A stretch of DNA of 26,132 nucleotides from a virus (Duplodnaviria > Caudoviricetes). Shown here piece by piece: positions 24,873 to 26,132 of the stretch. The stretch is taken from IMG/VR virus record IMGVR_UViG_3300046779_000875, positions 1 through 26,132 of that record; one strand, given 5' to 3'. Numbering within the stretch: position 1 is the stretch's first letter; each line of letters opens with the position of its first letter. The position numbers and the translations under genes were made by a program. The notes under the pieces were generated by a model that saw nothing but the letters and a program-made list of their open reading frames with translations, did not search any database and was not told the origin of the DNA.

Positions 24873-24889
24873 CTCTCCCCTCCTTTTAA

Positions 24890-25897
24890 TTAAGCAACGA
24901 CCGTGGCGATGAACGCACCCAGATCAGCCGACACAACTTTGTGGTCGTAAGCCAGGTTGGCTTCCAACACTTCAGCGATGCCGTCGATGGCCAGATAGTC
25001 ACCAGCATACGACTTGATCGTGATCCCGTGGCCCGAAGCGTTTTGCAGTTCGTCCCAAGTGAAGGTGTAACCAGCCGAGGGAACCATCAGACCAGCAGCG
25101 CGGGGACGGTAGTAGAGAGCAGCCGACTTACCACCGATGAAGGCGTTCGATTCAGCCAGACCTTCGCCAGCGGTGTTCTTCACGGTCTCCATGACCAAGA
25201 ACTCTTCCACACCGAAGATTTCAGCCAGCTTGGCATCCGTCACCAGAGCGGTGTTCGTGACCGTAGCGCCACCATTCAGGCGGGCCAGGATCGTCGGGTG
25301 GTTAACCAGAATATCACGAACTTCTTTGCCGACAACCATGACGTTGGGCTTGAAACCACCCGACTTCAGTTGCACAGCCCGCATCAGGTTGGTCACGTCA
25401 ACGATGGGGGTCGAGTTGGTGTAGTCCGACCACTGACGCACTTGGTTGGTCGAGGGCGAACCCGCAACACCAGCGTAGTCCGTTCCCCACACCGAAGCCG
25501 CGAAGTAGGTCGAAGCCCACTTGATTTCACGGTCGATCAGCAGTTGGTGGGTCAGCATCTGAGCGCCAGCAGCGCGGATGTCCAGAGCAGCATCTTCGTT
25601 GGCGAGGGTCTGGAAGTCGAAGTCCGTAGCCAGCGAGAACACGTCAGCCGAGTAGGTGTCGGTCGACAGCGACATACCAACGCGCGGAGCCTGAGTGCGC
25701 GGAGCGCGGGCCTGCACCTGACCAACGCGATTGAAGTCAGCGCGGTTGTAGATGTAGTATTTGTCGGTCTTCTTAGCGACACCAACCTTCGGGAACACGC
25801 GATCAGCAATGAAGCCATTGGCGTCTTGCAGGAAGGCGATAGTCAGGTTGGTAAGCGGGGCGTCAATATGGACGGCGCTAGGAGTCAGCATAGCCAT
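24890..25897 (-). CDS. Major capsid protein
   Basis: 335 aa; HIDAPLTNLTIAF...FIADRVFPKV, WSD..NSTP..D, KPNVMVVG; strongly GC-biased codons; synteny. Confidence 0.9.
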   Translation of the reverse strand: MAMLTPSAVHIDAPLTNLTIAFLQDANGFIADRVFPKVGVAKKTDKYYIYNRADFNRVGQVQARAPRTQAPRVGMSLSTDTYSADVFSLATDFDFQTLANEDAALDIRAAGAQMLTHQLLIDREIKWASTYFAASVWGTDYAGVAGSPSTNQVRQWSDYTNSTPIVDVTNLMRAVQLKSGGFKPNVMVVGKEVRDILVNHPTILARLNGGATVTNTALVTDAKLAEIFGVEEFLVMETVKNTAGEGLAESNAFIGGKSAALYYRPRAAGLMVPSAGYTFTWDELQNASGHGITIKSYAGDYLAIDGIAEVLEANLAYDHKVVSADLGAFIATVVA

Positions 25898-25932
25898 TTC
25901 AATATTCCTTTTCTAAACTAGATCAACGGCTA

Positions 25933-26132
25933 TTATGCCGGAACCGCAGTGCCATCGCGGCGGATGTCGATGGTGATGATCTGACCATCAGCAGCAGCTT
26001 CCAGAGCCGTGCCAAGGATGATGTCGCCAGCGGCAGCAGCCACAGCTTTGCCCGAAGCATCCGAAGCAACAGCAGCGCCACGGTTGATCGTGCCTTCAGC
26101 TTCAACAGTCACGCGACCATCGTAAGCAACAG
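25933..26132 (-). CDS. DUF2190-like capsid cement/decoration protein (3' part; starts outside the window)
   Basis: VAYDGRVTVEAEGTINRGAAVASDASGKAVAAAAGDIILGTALEAAADGQIITIDI...PA*, a frame not listed in the ORF track. Confidence 0.8.
   Translation of the reverse strand, partial: VAYDGRVTVEAEGTINRGAAVASDASGKAVAAAAGDIILGTALEAAADGQIITIDIRRDGTAVPA

Noticed and set aside
10971-25365. Shorter CCCGAC/GTCGGG hits (about 10971, 19046, 21850, 25293, 25358)
   Set aside because: They lack the final A of the 7-mer and lie inside coding sequence, consistent with chance; only the 19046 hit is near a start codon.
24941-25921. 326-aa + strand ORF opposite the major capsid gene
   Set aside because: Antisense shadow caused by the capsid gene's codon bias; no recognisable motifs.
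25923-26105. 60-aa minus ORF in the track
   Set aside because: Wrong frame; the overlapping frame ending at 25933 encodes the DUF2190-like protein.
1-26132. CRISPR array, diversity-generating retroelement or stop-codon reassignment
   Set aside because: No regularly spaced repeats or reverse transcriptase; genes read through normally in the standard code and the only tRNA is not a suppressor.

Overview
A 26-kb internal segment of a tailed dsDNA phage genome, with no integrase or repressor in view. It has two convergent arms that meet at a bidirectional terminator (~13972-14016). The + arm is a T7/SIO1-like replication and nucleotide-metabolism module: Lar-like protein, ThyX, primase-helicase, family A DNA polymerase split into exonuclease and polymerase ORFs, SSB, tRNA-Leu(UAA), 5'-3' exonuclease, endonuclease I, metallophosphoesterase, DNA amino-methyltransferase, MazG-like protein, class II RNR, glutaredoxin, PhoH and DUF3310. 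The - arm is a siphovirus morphogenesis and lysis module: capsid cement, major capsid, head-tail joining proteins, tail tube, frameshifted tail chaperones, tape measure, distal tail, hub, fibre and chaperone, SAR endolysin, u-spanin and a holin-like protein. The class II RNR and GC-rich codon use in the capsid and tube genes point to a GC-rich, cobalamin-using Gram-negative host, possibly alphaproteobacterial (inference). The most unusual signal is an (A)ACCCGACA motif at four translation-initiation regions. Its exact complement (UUGUCGGGG) is displayed in the loop of a terminator-like hairpin after the tail tube gene, suggesting a possible RNA-based system for tuning gene stoichiometry. All calls rest on motif recognition by eye; no database searches were run.
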